64,000 nucleotides of DNA from Octopus bimaculoides (Eukaryota), in contig NC_068997.1 in assembly GCF_001194135.2 (NCBI RefSeq), forward strand, positions 9,768,077 to 9,832,076, in the 5' to 3' direction. Below the pieces are notes generated by a model, which saw only the letters and a list, made by a program, of their open reading frames with translations, did not search any database and was not told the DNA's origin. Each line of letters opens with the position of its first letter. The stretch's first letter is position 1. Below, piece after piece: positions 51,695-64,000 of the stretch. The position numbers and the translations under genes are program-made.

Positions 51695-51895
51695 ATGCTA
51701 TCAAATACTTTCCTTGATCATTCTGGCCATGCCAAGGAAGTTAATGTTGTGCAACAGTTCTACTGGGCACTCTATTCCGATTTCCTTAATATTCCACTTG
51801 ATGCCTTCTGACACTCTCCCCAAAGACCCAACAACAACTGGCACTGTCTTCACCTCCTTCATTTCCCATAGCTGGGCAATTTCATACTTCACAGG
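51695..51895 (-). mobile_element. R4/Dong-like C-terminal fragment
   Basis: KYEIAQLWEMKEVKTVPVVVGSLGRVSEGIKWNIKEIGIECPVELL. Confidence 0.7.
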
Positions 51896-52895
51896 ATTGT
51901 ATGTATCATCATCATCATATATATATCTGTATTTTCGCTTTCATTCTTGACTGTTTGTGTGTTCACACACACACACACACACACTCAAGGAATTAATAAG
52001 AATATATCTCAGAGAAAGAAATTTCAGCTTTATGTTTTGGCTTTGTTTCGTATGGTGGTGGTGGTGGTGGTGGTGGTGGTGGTAGCAGTAATAGTTGTGG
52101 TCATTGCAGTAAGGCCAGTAGTAGTGGTAGTGAGCAGTGTGATGGACAGTAGTTATAACAGTAGCAGCAGCAGCAGCAACAGGAGTGTGGGGGTAATAAT
52201 TTATCATTTTTAAACATCAAAATCTGATATCTTTATTGTGCTGCAGCTACTACTACTACTACTACTACTACTGTTGCTGCTGCTGCTGCTACTACTACTA
52301 CTACTACCACCACCACCACCACCACTACTACTACCACCACCAGCACTGCTCTGTTGGAATTAGTCATTGTTATGCAATGACAGAAATACATTACAGGTAG
52401 AGTTAAACAATTTTCTTTATTGTTTTTTAACTTGGTATCGATTAATTGATTGTGTGTCCTGCCTGTCAGCAATGATGAAAGGTGGTGGTGGTGGTGGTTG
52501 TCATACCATTTGCAGCGGTAGTATTGAGAATCATGATGGTGGTGGTGGTGGTGGTGGTCAAGCTAGCGTTGTGATGTACAATGCTGTGAAATGTAGTTTT
52601 GGGGGTAGGGTTGGTGTTGAGATAATGTTGGTGATGGTGCTGATAGTAGTGGTATGGTTGGTAGTGGTGGTGGTGGTGGAGTAGTATTGAAAGAAGTGAA
52701 AAATTAGTATTGGTGCTGGCCAGAGTGGTAGTGGTGGTGGTGGTGGTGGTGGTGTTGCAGAGTTGAAGGTCAATCATTTACTCGAGACTGTCGTGAGGCC
52801 ATGATGTTCTTGAGAATATGTCTTGTTGAGACTTAAAACTTTGTTGGTCTTTCAGAGCTTGTGTTTCAGTTTTAAATATTCATATGCATATTATA

Positions 52896-52930
<35 letters not shown>

Positions 52931-54064
52931 TTTTTGAGGCTTGATTAGAGGGAGAAAAAAAGCAAGAAAGAATTCTTTCTTTCTCTTTTTTTTTCCTCCT
53001 TCTAAGCAAGCCTCCAAAAATTCACCACACAGTCCATGTTGTAATGCGATTGCTATCCAGCTGCAAAAAAGCATGCTAATGCAAACACTGAGCTCAATGC
53101 AGTTCTTGGATACATCAGATCTTGCCAAACCATCCAAGCCAAGCCAGCATGGAACAAGGCCATTACATGATATTATATATATATATATTAGTAAATTAAT
53201 GAATAATGAAGCTGGAGAGCTTCTTACATTGTGAGAGCAAAAGTTTAGTAACCTTTATAGATTTCAGGCACAAAGGCCCATTATCAGAAGTGAATGGCTT
53301 GAAGAAATGCAAGTTTATGTAGATTTTGCCATGTTGATTGCTATATGGGATGGTCTGAGTGGTTAAGTTGTTCACTTGCAATCATGAGGTCCTATGTTCA
53401 ATCCCACTGTAGGGTGCTTTGTTTAAGTACCCTTTATGATAGCTTCAGGTTGATGTAAGTCTTGTGAGTGAAAGTGAGTAGACAGACACCTGAGAAGCCC
53501 ATTAGATGACCTGCATTTGAAATTCAAAATACTAACCTTGTCTCAAACTTTGTGTGTGTACAGGTGTGTGTCTTGACAAGAAGTACCATGATCATACAGG
53601 TGTTGTCTCTTGGTTTCAGTCTTTAGAGAAAAAGTGTTTGGCCATGGAGAAATATTACCTTCTTTGGAAACAAGGTTGGTGACAAGAAAAGCATCCAGCT
53701 ATAGAAAATCTGTCTCAACCAATCCTATCTCATCCATCCGAGCATGGACAATAAAATGAGGATTCTAATGATGATGCCCTTTCGTTTTTATCATCTCAGA
53801 AGCTATTGTGACCCAGGTGCCTAGATTTTTGTGCTGATCTGATGCATTTTGTTTGATAAATGTGTTGGTGTGAAACTCTGGGTTTTCCAAATCATTGTAA
53901 CTCTTCATTTCATAAAAAAGAATGTGTGTTTCCTCCTTGTCGTCCTCCTCCTCATCATCATCTTTTTATGCTTGTTATCTATGGTGTGAATGTGTGTGTG
54001 TGCATGTGTGGGGAGGGAGGTAGGGTATATATGTGTATCTGTGTATCTTTGTGTATCATACATG

Positions 54065-54137
<73 letters not shown>

Positions 54138-54701
54138 NNNNNNNNNNNNNNNNNNNNNNNNNNNNNNNNNNNNNNNNNNNNNNNNNNNNNNNNNNNNNNN
54201 NNNNNNNNNNNNNNNNNNNNNNNNNNNNNNNNNNNNNNNNNNNNNNNNNNNNNNNNNNNNNNNNNNNNNNNNNNNNNNNNNNNNNNNNNNNNNNNNNNNN
54301 NNNNNNNNNNNNNNNNNNNNNNNNNNNNNNNNNNNNNNNNNNNNNNNNNNNNNNNNNNNNNNNNNNNNNNNNNNNNNNNNNNNNNNNNNNNNNNNNNNNN
54401 NNNNNNNNNNNNNNNNNNNNNNNNNNNNNNNNNNNNNNNNNNNNNNNNNNNNNNNNNNNNNNNNNNNNNNNNNNNNNNNNNNNNNNNNNNNNNNNNNNNN
54501 NNNNNNNNNNNNNNNNNNNNNNNNNNNNNNNNNNNNNNNNNNNNNNNNNNNNNNNNNNNNNNNNNNNNNNNNNNNNNNNNNNNNNNNNNNNNNNNNNNNN
54601 NNNNNNNNNNNNNNNNNNNNNNNNNNNNNNNNNNNNNNNNNNNNNNNNNNNNNNNNNNNNNNNACAACCACTTTATTTGCCAATGTCAATTAGATTTAAC
54701 A

Positions 54702-54737
<36 letters not shown>

Positions 54738-55067
54738 TAGGATGTTTAATTTAATTTTTTTTTATTTGAGATGGGCGGTGGATAGTCGGATCACAAAAGC
54801 AGCAAACAAAAATACCTTTTGATATTTTATTGCAACACTTTATGGTTTTGTTCTGAGTTCAAATCCCGCCCAGGTCGACTTTATTCTTCATCCTTCTGTT
54901 GTTGATAGTGTTAGTAGTGATTAAAATAGTGGAGGAGTTAACATAATCAAGCTATACCCTTAAAAGTGGTGCCCCAGGAAGGCCATGTTTTAATTACTGA
55001 AAAGAATAGAAGAATAAGAGAATGGTATTTCTGAACATTCTGATGCAGTAATTTCATTGTATTTCTC

Positions 55068-55099
<32 letters not shown>

Positions 55100-55283
55100 N
55101 NNNNNNNNNGATTTAATACACACACACACACACACACATGCATGCACACACAGAGTTCAGCCTTAAATCAATTTTCTTAGCTAAGTCCAGAATCACTGAG
55201 ATTTCATTGGTCACAGCTGTTACTATGTACATTTCTCTTTTACACACAACCACTTTATTTGCCAATGTCAATTAGATTTAACA

Positions 55284-55319
<36 letters not shown>

Positions 55320-56077
55320 TAGGATGTTTAATTTAATTTTTTTTTATTTGAGATGGGCGGTGGATAGTCGGATCACAAAAGCAGCAAACAAAAATACCTT
55401 TTGATATTTTATTGCAACACTTTATGGNNNNNNNNNNNNNNNNNNNNNNNNNNNNNNNNNNNNNNNNNNNNNNNNNNNNNNNNNNNNNNNNNNNNNNNNN
55501 NNNNNNNNNNNNNNNNNNNNNNNNNNNNNNNNNNNNNNNNNNNNNNNNNNNNNNNNNNNNNNNNNNNNNNNNNNNNNNNNNNNNNNNNNNNNNNNNNNNN
55601 NNNNNNNNNNNNNNNNNNNNNNNNNNNNNNNNNNNNNNNNNNNNNNNNNNNNNNNNNNNNNNNNNNNNNNNNNNNNNNNNNNNNNNNNNNNNNNNNNNNN
55701 NNNNNNNNNNNNNNNNNNNNNNNNNNNNNNNNNNNNNNNNNNNNNNNNNNNNNNNNNNNNNNNNNNNNNNNNNNNNNNNNNNNNNNNNNNNNNNNNNNNN
55801 NNNNNNNNNNNNNNNNNNNNNNNNNNNNNNNNNNNNNNNNNNNNNNNNNNNNNNNNNNNNNNNNNNNNNNNNNNNNNNNNNNNNNNNNNNNNNNNNNNNN
55901 NNNNNNNNNNNNNNNNNNNNNATGCAGAGAGTAACGAGAGACAGTAGTGTGGCCAGAAGGGGGTGGTCTTTTCCCCATCGACAACACATTTATGGAGATG
56001 GCATCTTGGGTCTGTTACATAAGTCTGTATAGTTTTAGAAGCAGGTGTTGGTGGGGTGAATAGCAAAGGCTACCGTT

Positions 56078-56245
56078 ACGTTCTGAGTTCAAATTCTGCC
56101 GAGGTCGACTTTGCCTTTCATCCTTTCGGGGTCGATAAATAAAGGACCAGTTACGCACTGGGGTCGATGTAATCGACTTAATCCCTTTGTCTGTCCTTGT
56201 TTGTCCCTTCTATGTTTAGCCCCTTGAGGGCAATAAAGAAATAAG
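56078..56245 (+). mobile_element. SINE family D, young copy
   Basis: gttctgagttcaaattctgccgaggtcgactttgcctttcatcctttcggggtcgataaat..; followed by (GA)n. Confidence 0.8.
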
Positions 56246-56296
56246 AAACCGATAGAGGAGTAGAGCGAGAGATGTGAGAGACAGAAAGAGACAGTG

Positions 56297-56389
<93 letters not shown>

Positions 56390-57732
56390 AAGAGAGAGAG
56401 AGAGTCTGTGCTATCAGATTAAAGGTCTTGTATTATTTTGTTCCAGCCATTTTGTGGAAATAGGAATAAAGCTGTCAGCTCCAAATGCTTACAGCAGAAT
56501 GATTTTTGGTAAACGCATCAGGTGGTGTTATTAAGCTGAATGACATGTTGGAAATTTGTTACTTGCCCCTTCCAGAAATACATTGTGGTGGTCATATCAT
56601 TATATGAAATCATTGTTTTAATCGTTTATATGCAATAGAATCAGCATTAAATCAAAAATTGCTTTTTATGTATTATGCTCAATGTATATACATCATTGAA
56701 AGGCAAATATACTGTGGTATTTGTCCAGAAATAACATCTCTTATGCATGTACTGTGTTTAAAGACACAATGTATATCATAGACAGACAGAAATTGTTCCA
56801 GCAGTGGCTGGTGTGAATGCCAGATGCATATCATCTTTGTAGGGCCTTGTCAAACGCATCTGTCATCTCCCCCTGATATTGTTTTAGTCTTTTACTTGCC
56901 TCAATTATTTGATTGTGGCCATGTTGGAGCACTGCCTTAAAGGATTTTAGTTGCAGAAATCAACTCCAGGACTTATTCTTTGTAAGCCTAGTACTTATTC
57001 TATTGGCCTCTAATTCACAGGGACATAAACACACCAACATTGGTTGCCAAGTAATTGTGAGGGGACAAACACAGACACAAAGACACACGCATAAATATAT
57101 ATATATATATATATTTAAACACATATACATACACACATACATACATATAAATATATATATATATATATANNNNNNNNNNNNNNNNNNNNNNNNNNNNNNN
57201 NNNNNNNNNNNNNNNNNNNNNNNNNNNNNNNNNNNNNNNNNNNNNNNNNNNNNNNNNNNNNNNNNNNNNNNNNNNNNNNNNNNNNNNNNNNNNNNNNNNN
57301 NNNNNNNNNNNNNNNNNNNNNNNNNNNNNNNNNNNNNNNNNNNNNNNNNNNNNNNNNNNNNNNNNNNNNNNNNNNNNNNNNNNNNNNNNNNNNNNNNNNN
57401 NNNNNNNNNNNNNNNNNNNNNNNNNNNNNNNNNNNNNNNNNNNNNNNNNNNNNNNNNNNNNNNNNNNNNNNNNNNNNNNNNNNNNNNNNNNNNNNNNNNN
57501 NNNNNNNNNNNNNNNNNNNNNNNNNNNNNNNNNNNNNNNNNNNNNNNTTTTACCTTTGCTTTTTCCTTTCCATTAAAAACAAACATCATGTTTAATTTTT
57601 TGTGCTTGATTGACTTTTATTTTTATATATTTTTGTATCTTTGAAAGTTAGACTATTGATGGGTCATTAATTTCTATATCTCTGTTGCTTTCTGTATATA
57701 TCTGCTTATCTATCTTTACACACACACATGCA

Positions 57733-57770
<38 letters not shown>

Positions 57771-59631
57771 CACATTTATGAATTTGTCTGTGTTTGAAGA
57801 CATGTAGCTTAATGGTTAAGGTGTTGCACTCATGATTGTAAGATTGTGGTTTCAATTCCTGGAAGCAGGCAATACATTGTGTTCTTGATACTCCAGTCCA
57901 TCCAGCTGGCAAAAGTGAATAATCCTTGATGGATTAACATCCCATCCAGTGAAGAATATATATGCCGCATAATCCAGGGAACTAGACTTATGAGCCTACA
58001 TCTTGGGAAGTGTGTTTATATTTGTGTTTGTCTTCCATCAAGGCTGACAAACAGTGTCAATGTGTTTATGTCCCCATAGCTTAGCAGTTCAGTAAGAGAG
58101 ACCAATAGAATAAGTGCCAGGCTCTAAAAAAGAAATGTACTGGGGTTGATTCATTCAACTAAAAATTCTTCAAGTGGTACTCCAGCATGGCCACAATCAA
58201 ATGTCTGTACTAAAGATACCTATGGTATCACGTTGTAAATTAAGTCTACTACTCAAAATTTGATTTTGTTAACAGATAGTGAAAGAAGTCCATCATATAG
58301 TTATACATGTGTATGCATGTGTGTGTGTGTGTGTGTGTGGGTGTGTATCTATATACCTGGTGCCTATTGTACCAGGTTGTGAATTAAGTCTATCACTCAA
58401 AATTTGATTCCTATTTTGACAAGTCTTATGAGAAATTTAGTGTAGTTGAGTATGAAACTTTTATAGTTTCCCTGTTAAAAATGTTGTCATATTTGTGGCT
58501 GGAGGGAAGTGTCTTGGTAGGCAGTTTAAAGAATATTTTGGCTATAGGTGCAGGAACCTTTTTAAGTTAGAAGGTAGATTAAACCAAGTGATATATTTTC
58601 TTTTATTTTTGGTTTTCATGTGAATTTGTAGTTGTCAGTATTGTTTTTGTTTAATTACTTCAGAATATTTTTGTGAAATTCCATTGCTTGGTATTAATTT
58701 GATTCTTAACAGTTAAAATAATTTCTCTGTGATATGTGAAGCCAAAGAATTATAGGTATACTGTGTAATGAGAACAAAATAATTTTATGTTAAGTAAAGC
58801 ACATCTACATAATAAATAAAAAACACTTCATAATCAATTTTTGTATGTAAAAATATATACACAATTAGGGGTTTAATCAAATGTAAATATGTGAATATTT
58901 ATATAAATGAATTAATTATTGAATGAATGATATGCAGTAAGTAGACACCAAATTAAATCAATAATTAATTAGTGAAAGATACATTTGCAAGTGGTCTCAT
59001 ACTCATGTGCAAACACTTTGTGAATGTTTATGTATATTTTCCATAACAGTGATGCTCCAGCTTGGCTACAAAACTGGTTGGAACTAGCATAGAAAAAGAA
59101 ATCATCATCATCATTATCACCATCCCCATCATCATCATCATTTAGCATCTGTTTTTGTAGCTAAGTGAAATCGTAGTTGTAGCTGGTACCAGTGATTCAT
59201 AGCTAAATGGTTAAGACATTTGATTCCAAACCATGTGATTTCCGGTTCAGTCCCACTTCATAATACCTTATTCAAGAAGTGCCTCATAAGTATAGCCCCA
59301 GGCTGACCAAAGCCTTGTGTGTAGATTTGGTAGACAGAAACTAAACGACAACCAATGTGTGCATATATGTATGTGTATGTGTGTTTGCGTATGGGTGTGA
59401 TATCTCTATGCATGCATACATGTCTCTTTCTTTTGTCATTGCATGATAGTTGTAAAGGAATGTCACCATCTTACAAGCGGTGTTGTTCATTTTTAATCTT
59501 CCTTTGAACATACACAACACACATACATACTTAATAATTGCTGATATCAATATTGATTGGTTGTTTGGTTGATTCTCCAGTCTCACTTTACATCACATTG
59601 TATGTGAACGAGAGTAAAAGAGCTACAGAGA

Positions 59632-59775
59632 GATGCTCTCCACCCGCTGCTATCTCCTTGCTCCCCATCCGCTGCTAACTCCTTGCTCTCCACCTGCTAC
59701 TGCCTTGCTCTCCACCCGCTGCTATCTCCTTGCTCTTCATCCGCTGCTAACTCCTTGCTCTCCACCTGCAACCTC
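59632..59775. repeat. ~24-25 bp minisatellite (CTCCTTGCTCTCCACCCGCTGCTA-like)
   Basis: About 6 units, followed by a (TTTTA)n tract and a gap. Confidence 0.85.
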
Positions 59776-60690
59776 CTTTTTTATTTTATTTTATTTTATT
59801 TTATTTTTTATTTCATTTTATTTTATTTATTTTATTTTATTTATTTAATTTTTTTATTTTATTTATTTATTATTTTTTAAAAAATTTTATTTTGTTTTGT
59901 TTTTGTTTTTTAATTTAAATTAATTTTATTTTATTTATTTATTCTTTTTTTAAAATTTTATNNNNNNNNNNNNNNNNNNNNNNNNNNNNNNNNNNNNNNN
60001 NNNNNNNNNNNNNNNNNNNNNNNNNNNNNNNNNNNNNNNNNNNNNNNNNNNNNNNNNNNNNNNNNNNNNNNNNNNNNNNNNNNNNNNNNNNNNNNNNNNN
60101 NNNNNNNNNNNNNNNNNNNNNNNNNNNNNNNNNNNNNNNNNNNNNNNNNNNNNNNNNNNNNNNNNNNNNNNNNNNNNNNNNNNNNNNNNNNNNNNNNNNN
60201 NNNNNNNNNNNNNNNNNNNNNNNNNNNNNNNNNNNNNNNNNNNNNNNNNNNNNNNNNNNNNNNNNNNNNNNNNNNNNNNNNNNNNNNNNNNNNNNNNNNN
60301 NNNNNNNNNNNNNNNNNNNNNNNNNNNNNNNNNNNNNNNNNNNNNNNNNNNNNNNNNNNNNNNNNNNNNNNNNNNNNNNNNNNNNNNNNNNNNNNNNNNN
60401 NNNNNNNNNNNNNNNNNNNNNNNNNNNNNNNNNNNNNNNNNNNNNNNNNNNNNNNNNNNNNNNNNNNNNNNNNNNNNNNNNNNNNNNNNNNNNNNNNNNN
60501 NNNNNNNNNNNNNNNNNNNNNNNNNNNNNNNNNNNNNNNNNNNNNNNNNNNNNNNNNNNNNNNNNNNNNNNNNNNNNNNNNNNNNNNNNNNNNNNNNNNN
60601 NNNNNNNNNNNNNNNNNNNNNNNNNNNNNNNNNNNNNNNNNNNNNNNNNNNNNNNNNNNNNNNNNNNNNAGGGCTCCCCACATGTGCCGC

Positions 60691-61080
60691 TAACGGAATA
60701 TAACGGAAAATAACGGAAGCAAACGGAATGTAACGGAAACTAACGGAAACAAACGGAAACTAACGGAAATTACCGGAAACTAACGGAAGGAACGGAAACT
60801 AACGGAAAGCAACGGAAAATAACGGAAAGTAACGGAAAGTATCGGAAAGTAACGGAAACTAACGGAAAGTAACGGAAAGTATCGAAAAGTAAGGGAAACT
60901 AACGGAAACCAACGGAAACAAACGGAAACTAACGGAAATTACAGGAAACTAACGGAAAGGAACGGAAACTAACGGAAAATACCGGAAACTAAGGGAAAGG
61001 AACGGAAACTAACGGAAACTGACGGAAAATAACGGAAAGTATCGGAAAGTAACGGAAACTAACGGAAAGTAACGGAAATT
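60691..61080. repeat. 10-bp tandem array (TAACGGAAAC-like), ~39 units
   Basis: AACGGAA core at 10-nt spacing. Confidence 0.95.
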
Positions 61081-61300
61081 ACCGGTTTGGACCGGTTCGG
61101 ACCGGTTTGGACCGGTTCGGACCGACCGGTCTTGACCAGTCCGGTCTTGANNNNNNNNNNNNNNNNNNNNNNNNNNNNNNNNNNNNNNNNNNNNNNNNNN
61201 NNNNNNNNNNNNNNNNNNNNNNNNNNNNNNNNNNNNNNNNNNNNNNNNNNTGACCAGTCCGGTCTTGACCGTCCGGTCTTGACCAGTCCGGTCTTGACCA
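61081..61300. repeat. GACCGGTT(T/C)G and TTGACCAGTCCGGTC arrays (gap inside)
   Basis: 10-mer units then 15-mer units flanking the N run at 61151-61250. Confidence 0.9.
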
Positions 61301-61464
61301 AACATTGGTATAACCCTCCATGGATTTTCTTTAATCTTCCAGATATACCACGATATATTCAGCCAGGTAGAGACCTAAGTAATAAGCATAATGTACATCC
61401 TGACATGTATTTGACTAATCATATTTATTTCTTTATTGCCGACAGGGTGGGGGGTGGGGTAAAC

Positions 61465-61670
61465 ATAGCAGGGACAAACAGGGACAGACAAAGGGATTAA
61501 GTTGATTACATCGAGCCCCAGTGCATAACTGGTACTTATTTAATCAACCCCGAAAGGATGGAAGGCAAAGTCAGCCTTGACAGAATTTGAACTCGGAATG
61601 TAACGGCAGATGAAATACCGCTAAGTGTTTCACCTGGCGTGCTAACAATTCTACCAGCTTGCTACCTTAA
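61465..61670 (-). mobile_element. SINE family D
   Basis: ..actggtacttatttaatcaaccccgaaaggatggaaggcaaagtc..gaatttgaactcgg. Confidence 0.75.
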
Positions 61671-62621
61671 TCATATTGATCAATCATATGGGTGCTTTGT
61701 TGCAGGTTGGGCATATTGTACTCCCTCCACTGTTTAATCTGTCTGTTGTTGATCAGCTGTGATCATTTATGTAATTAGTCAAATCTCCAGATGTGTTTTA
61801 CAAATTTATTTTTTCATATAGGACAATGCGTTGTTCAATCACTTGTACATCTAACTCATTAAATTAGCATGTCCAGTGTCTTAATGGTTCTGCCAGCTCA
61901 TTGCCATAATAATGATGGTGATGACTATGATGATGACGAGGACGATGACAATTGCTCATAGGAACTGCCCATATCCTATCTAAAATACTGTCTATGTAAT
62001 CTCAAATTTTAATACAAACACGTAATTTTCTTATGGTTTCTTAAACATTCTCTAGAACAACACTATGTACAAAACCAAATATATGGCACCCTAGGCATAA
62101 CACCAACATGAACTTCTAACTTCTCTCTTGAGGTCTTTGGGTGAGACTTGGAGTCAACTTGTACAAATGTAAAGCAAAAGTCAAACATAAAATGATAATA
62201 ATAATAATAATACTATGTACATAAGGCTTTGGTTGGCCTGAGGCTATAGTAGAAAACACTTGACCAAGGTGTCATGCAGTGGGATGAACCTGGAATCATG
62301 TGGTTGGGAAGCAAGCTTCTTACCACATGGCCACACCTGTGCCTTGTTGAACCGATTTAACAGAGCACGACCGTTACACTCCAAATGTCTCCATAAAGAT
62401 TTAAATCGCACAAAGCTTCTCACTTACTGTCTCATCAGAGTTACTCTTTACAATCAGCATGTTTCGAATTTTTATTCACCACTCAATCCTAGTTTAAACA
62501 ACAATGAATTTAATTTAATTATTGAAGTTTAAATGTAATAGATTTAACTCTTAACAGAGTCTGTTGTTTCAACTTGTTAACACAGACTCATTCTTATCCA
62601 CGGCTGTCTTTCTTTCCGCCT

Positions 62622-63100
62622 TTTGTCATTATCTTCATTGTCATCACCACTGCCACCGCAACCACCACCACCACCACTACCACCACCACCACTACCACCA
62701 CGATCATCATCATCACCACCACCACCACTACCACCACCACCACCACCACTACCACCACCACCACTACCACCATCATCATTACCACCACCACCTCCANNNN
62801 NNNNNNNNNNNNNNNNNNNNNNNNNNNNNNNNNNNNNNNNNNNNNNNNNNNNNNNNNNNNNNNNNNNNNNNNNNNNNNNCACGATCATCATCATCACCAC
62901 CACCACCACTACCACCACCACCACCACCACTACCACCACCACCACTACCACCATCATCATTACCACCACCACCTCCACCACCTCCACCATTGTCCTCATC
63001 ATCATCGTCGTCATCAGCATCGTCATCATCATGTCATCATCATAAAAATCATCATTACCATTATCATAAACATTGTACCATTGTCATCACCACCACCATC

Positions 63101-63132
<32 letters not shown>

Positions 63133-63275
63133 TGTTATTATGATCATGATCATCATCACACTGCCATCGACATCATCGACATCATCACCATTGTCATCCT
63201 CATCGTTGTCCTCGTCGCTGTCTGCATCATCATCATCATCATCGTTACCACCACCACCATCATCATCATCATCAC
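62622..63275. repeat. (CAC)n/(CAT)n trinucleotide field
   Basis: Direct reading; gap at 62797-62879. Confidence 0.9.
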
Positions 63276-63439
63276 TTTTCTGTGATTGTTAGGCTTCTAT
63301 TCAGTTGAAAGACTTACTTTGTAGATAACTTCGAATTTATTTCTCCCTGCTCCACCCTTACCCCTGTCCACCCCACCCTGCCACCCAATTAAAATCTAAC
63401 ACATTGTTGCTGTTGAAAAGGCTTTAAATTAAATTTTGA

Positions 63440-63550
63440 TTATGTGTGCGTGGGTGTGTATATATGTATGTATGTATGCATGTACATATACATGATTGCA
63501 TGTGTGTGTGTGTGGCATAATATATATATATATATGTATATACATACATG

Positions 63551-63581
<31 letters not shown>

Positions 63582-63582
63582 G

Positions 63583-63661
<79 letters not shown>

Positions 63662-63860
63662 AAATATATATATATAAATATGTAAACATGTGTATGTCTG
63701 CATGAGTGTATATGCATATGTATGTGAGTGTATGTATATAAATATATGTATGTATGTATACATATATACAGACATACATGTACACGTGTATCTGTGTACA
63801 CACACACTCAAACTCACTTGTGTATGTTTGTGTGTGTATTTATACATGTGTGTTTATGTG
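63440..63860. repeat. (AT)n/(GT)n compound microsatellite
   Basis: Direct reading; similar fields at 20600-21310, 36100-36330, 36780-36875. Confidence 0.9.
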
Positions 63861-64000
63861 CAAAACATGTTTTGTCTATTTTGTAAAACTCTTTTGTAAA
63901 ATTAATAACATGCTAGAATTTATTAAAAGCTATGAAAATAGTTTTAAATTAACAAAATATGTGCGTGTGTGCATCCTCTCTCTCTCTCTCTCTACATATA

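Noticed and set aside
54664-55427. Exact 182-bp duplication (54664-54845 and 55246-55427)
   Set aside because: Both copies abut N gaps; most likely a contig-overlap artefact.
55922-56032. MQRVTRDSSVA as next AARSD1 exon (cf. LRVTRRGEQA)
   Set aside because: Only RVTR matches; no DWERRFDHMQQHS follows, and the acceptor side is in a gap.
56447-56511. ttccag|C CAT TTT GTG GAA (HFVE..) as AARSD1 exon
   Set aside because: Downstream residues do not match AlaX.
3545-60683. Long ORFs through N runs or (AT)n/(CAT)n/(TTC)n tracts
   Set aside because: Open only because gaps and simple repeats lack stops; no protein signal.
62427-62472. Permuted hammerhead (GAAAC..GUA..CUGAUGAG on minus)
   Set aside because: Stems I and II form only 1-2 bp.

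Overview
AT-rich, gap-ridden (many N runs) animal genomic DNA. The repeat families (tRNA-derived SINEs, RTE LINE 3' ends with (GAT)n tails, very dense (AT)n/(GT)n/(CAT)n microsatellites) look like an octopus/coleoid cephalopod short-read assembly; this is recognition from memory, not a database hit. Only one cellular gene is supportable: AARSD1 (AlaX-type alanyl-tRNA editing protein) on the + strand, seen as a 129-nt exon (1660-1788) and an 18-nt micro-exon (35106-35123, PDDRGT) separated by a ~33.3 kb intron. The rest is intron packed with SINEs, RTE, R4/Dong-like and Penelope-like retroelement fragments, Tc1/mariner and hAT derivatives, and minisatellites. Most interesting: (1) the genomic codon for a conserved Gly of the AlaX 'EGGGQPDDRG' motif is AGA (Arg), one A-to-I edit from GGA (Gly), and a 23-nt intronic segment ~0.8 kb downstream can pair across this codon and the 5' splice site, a candidate restorative RNA-editing module; (2) two tandem minimal hammerhead-ribozyme motifs in a Penelope-like repeat; (3) a fold-back mariner derivative; (4) CpG-rich TAACGGAAA and GACCGGT arrays. 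Long ORFs in the supplied track that run through N gaps or microsatellites are artefacts.
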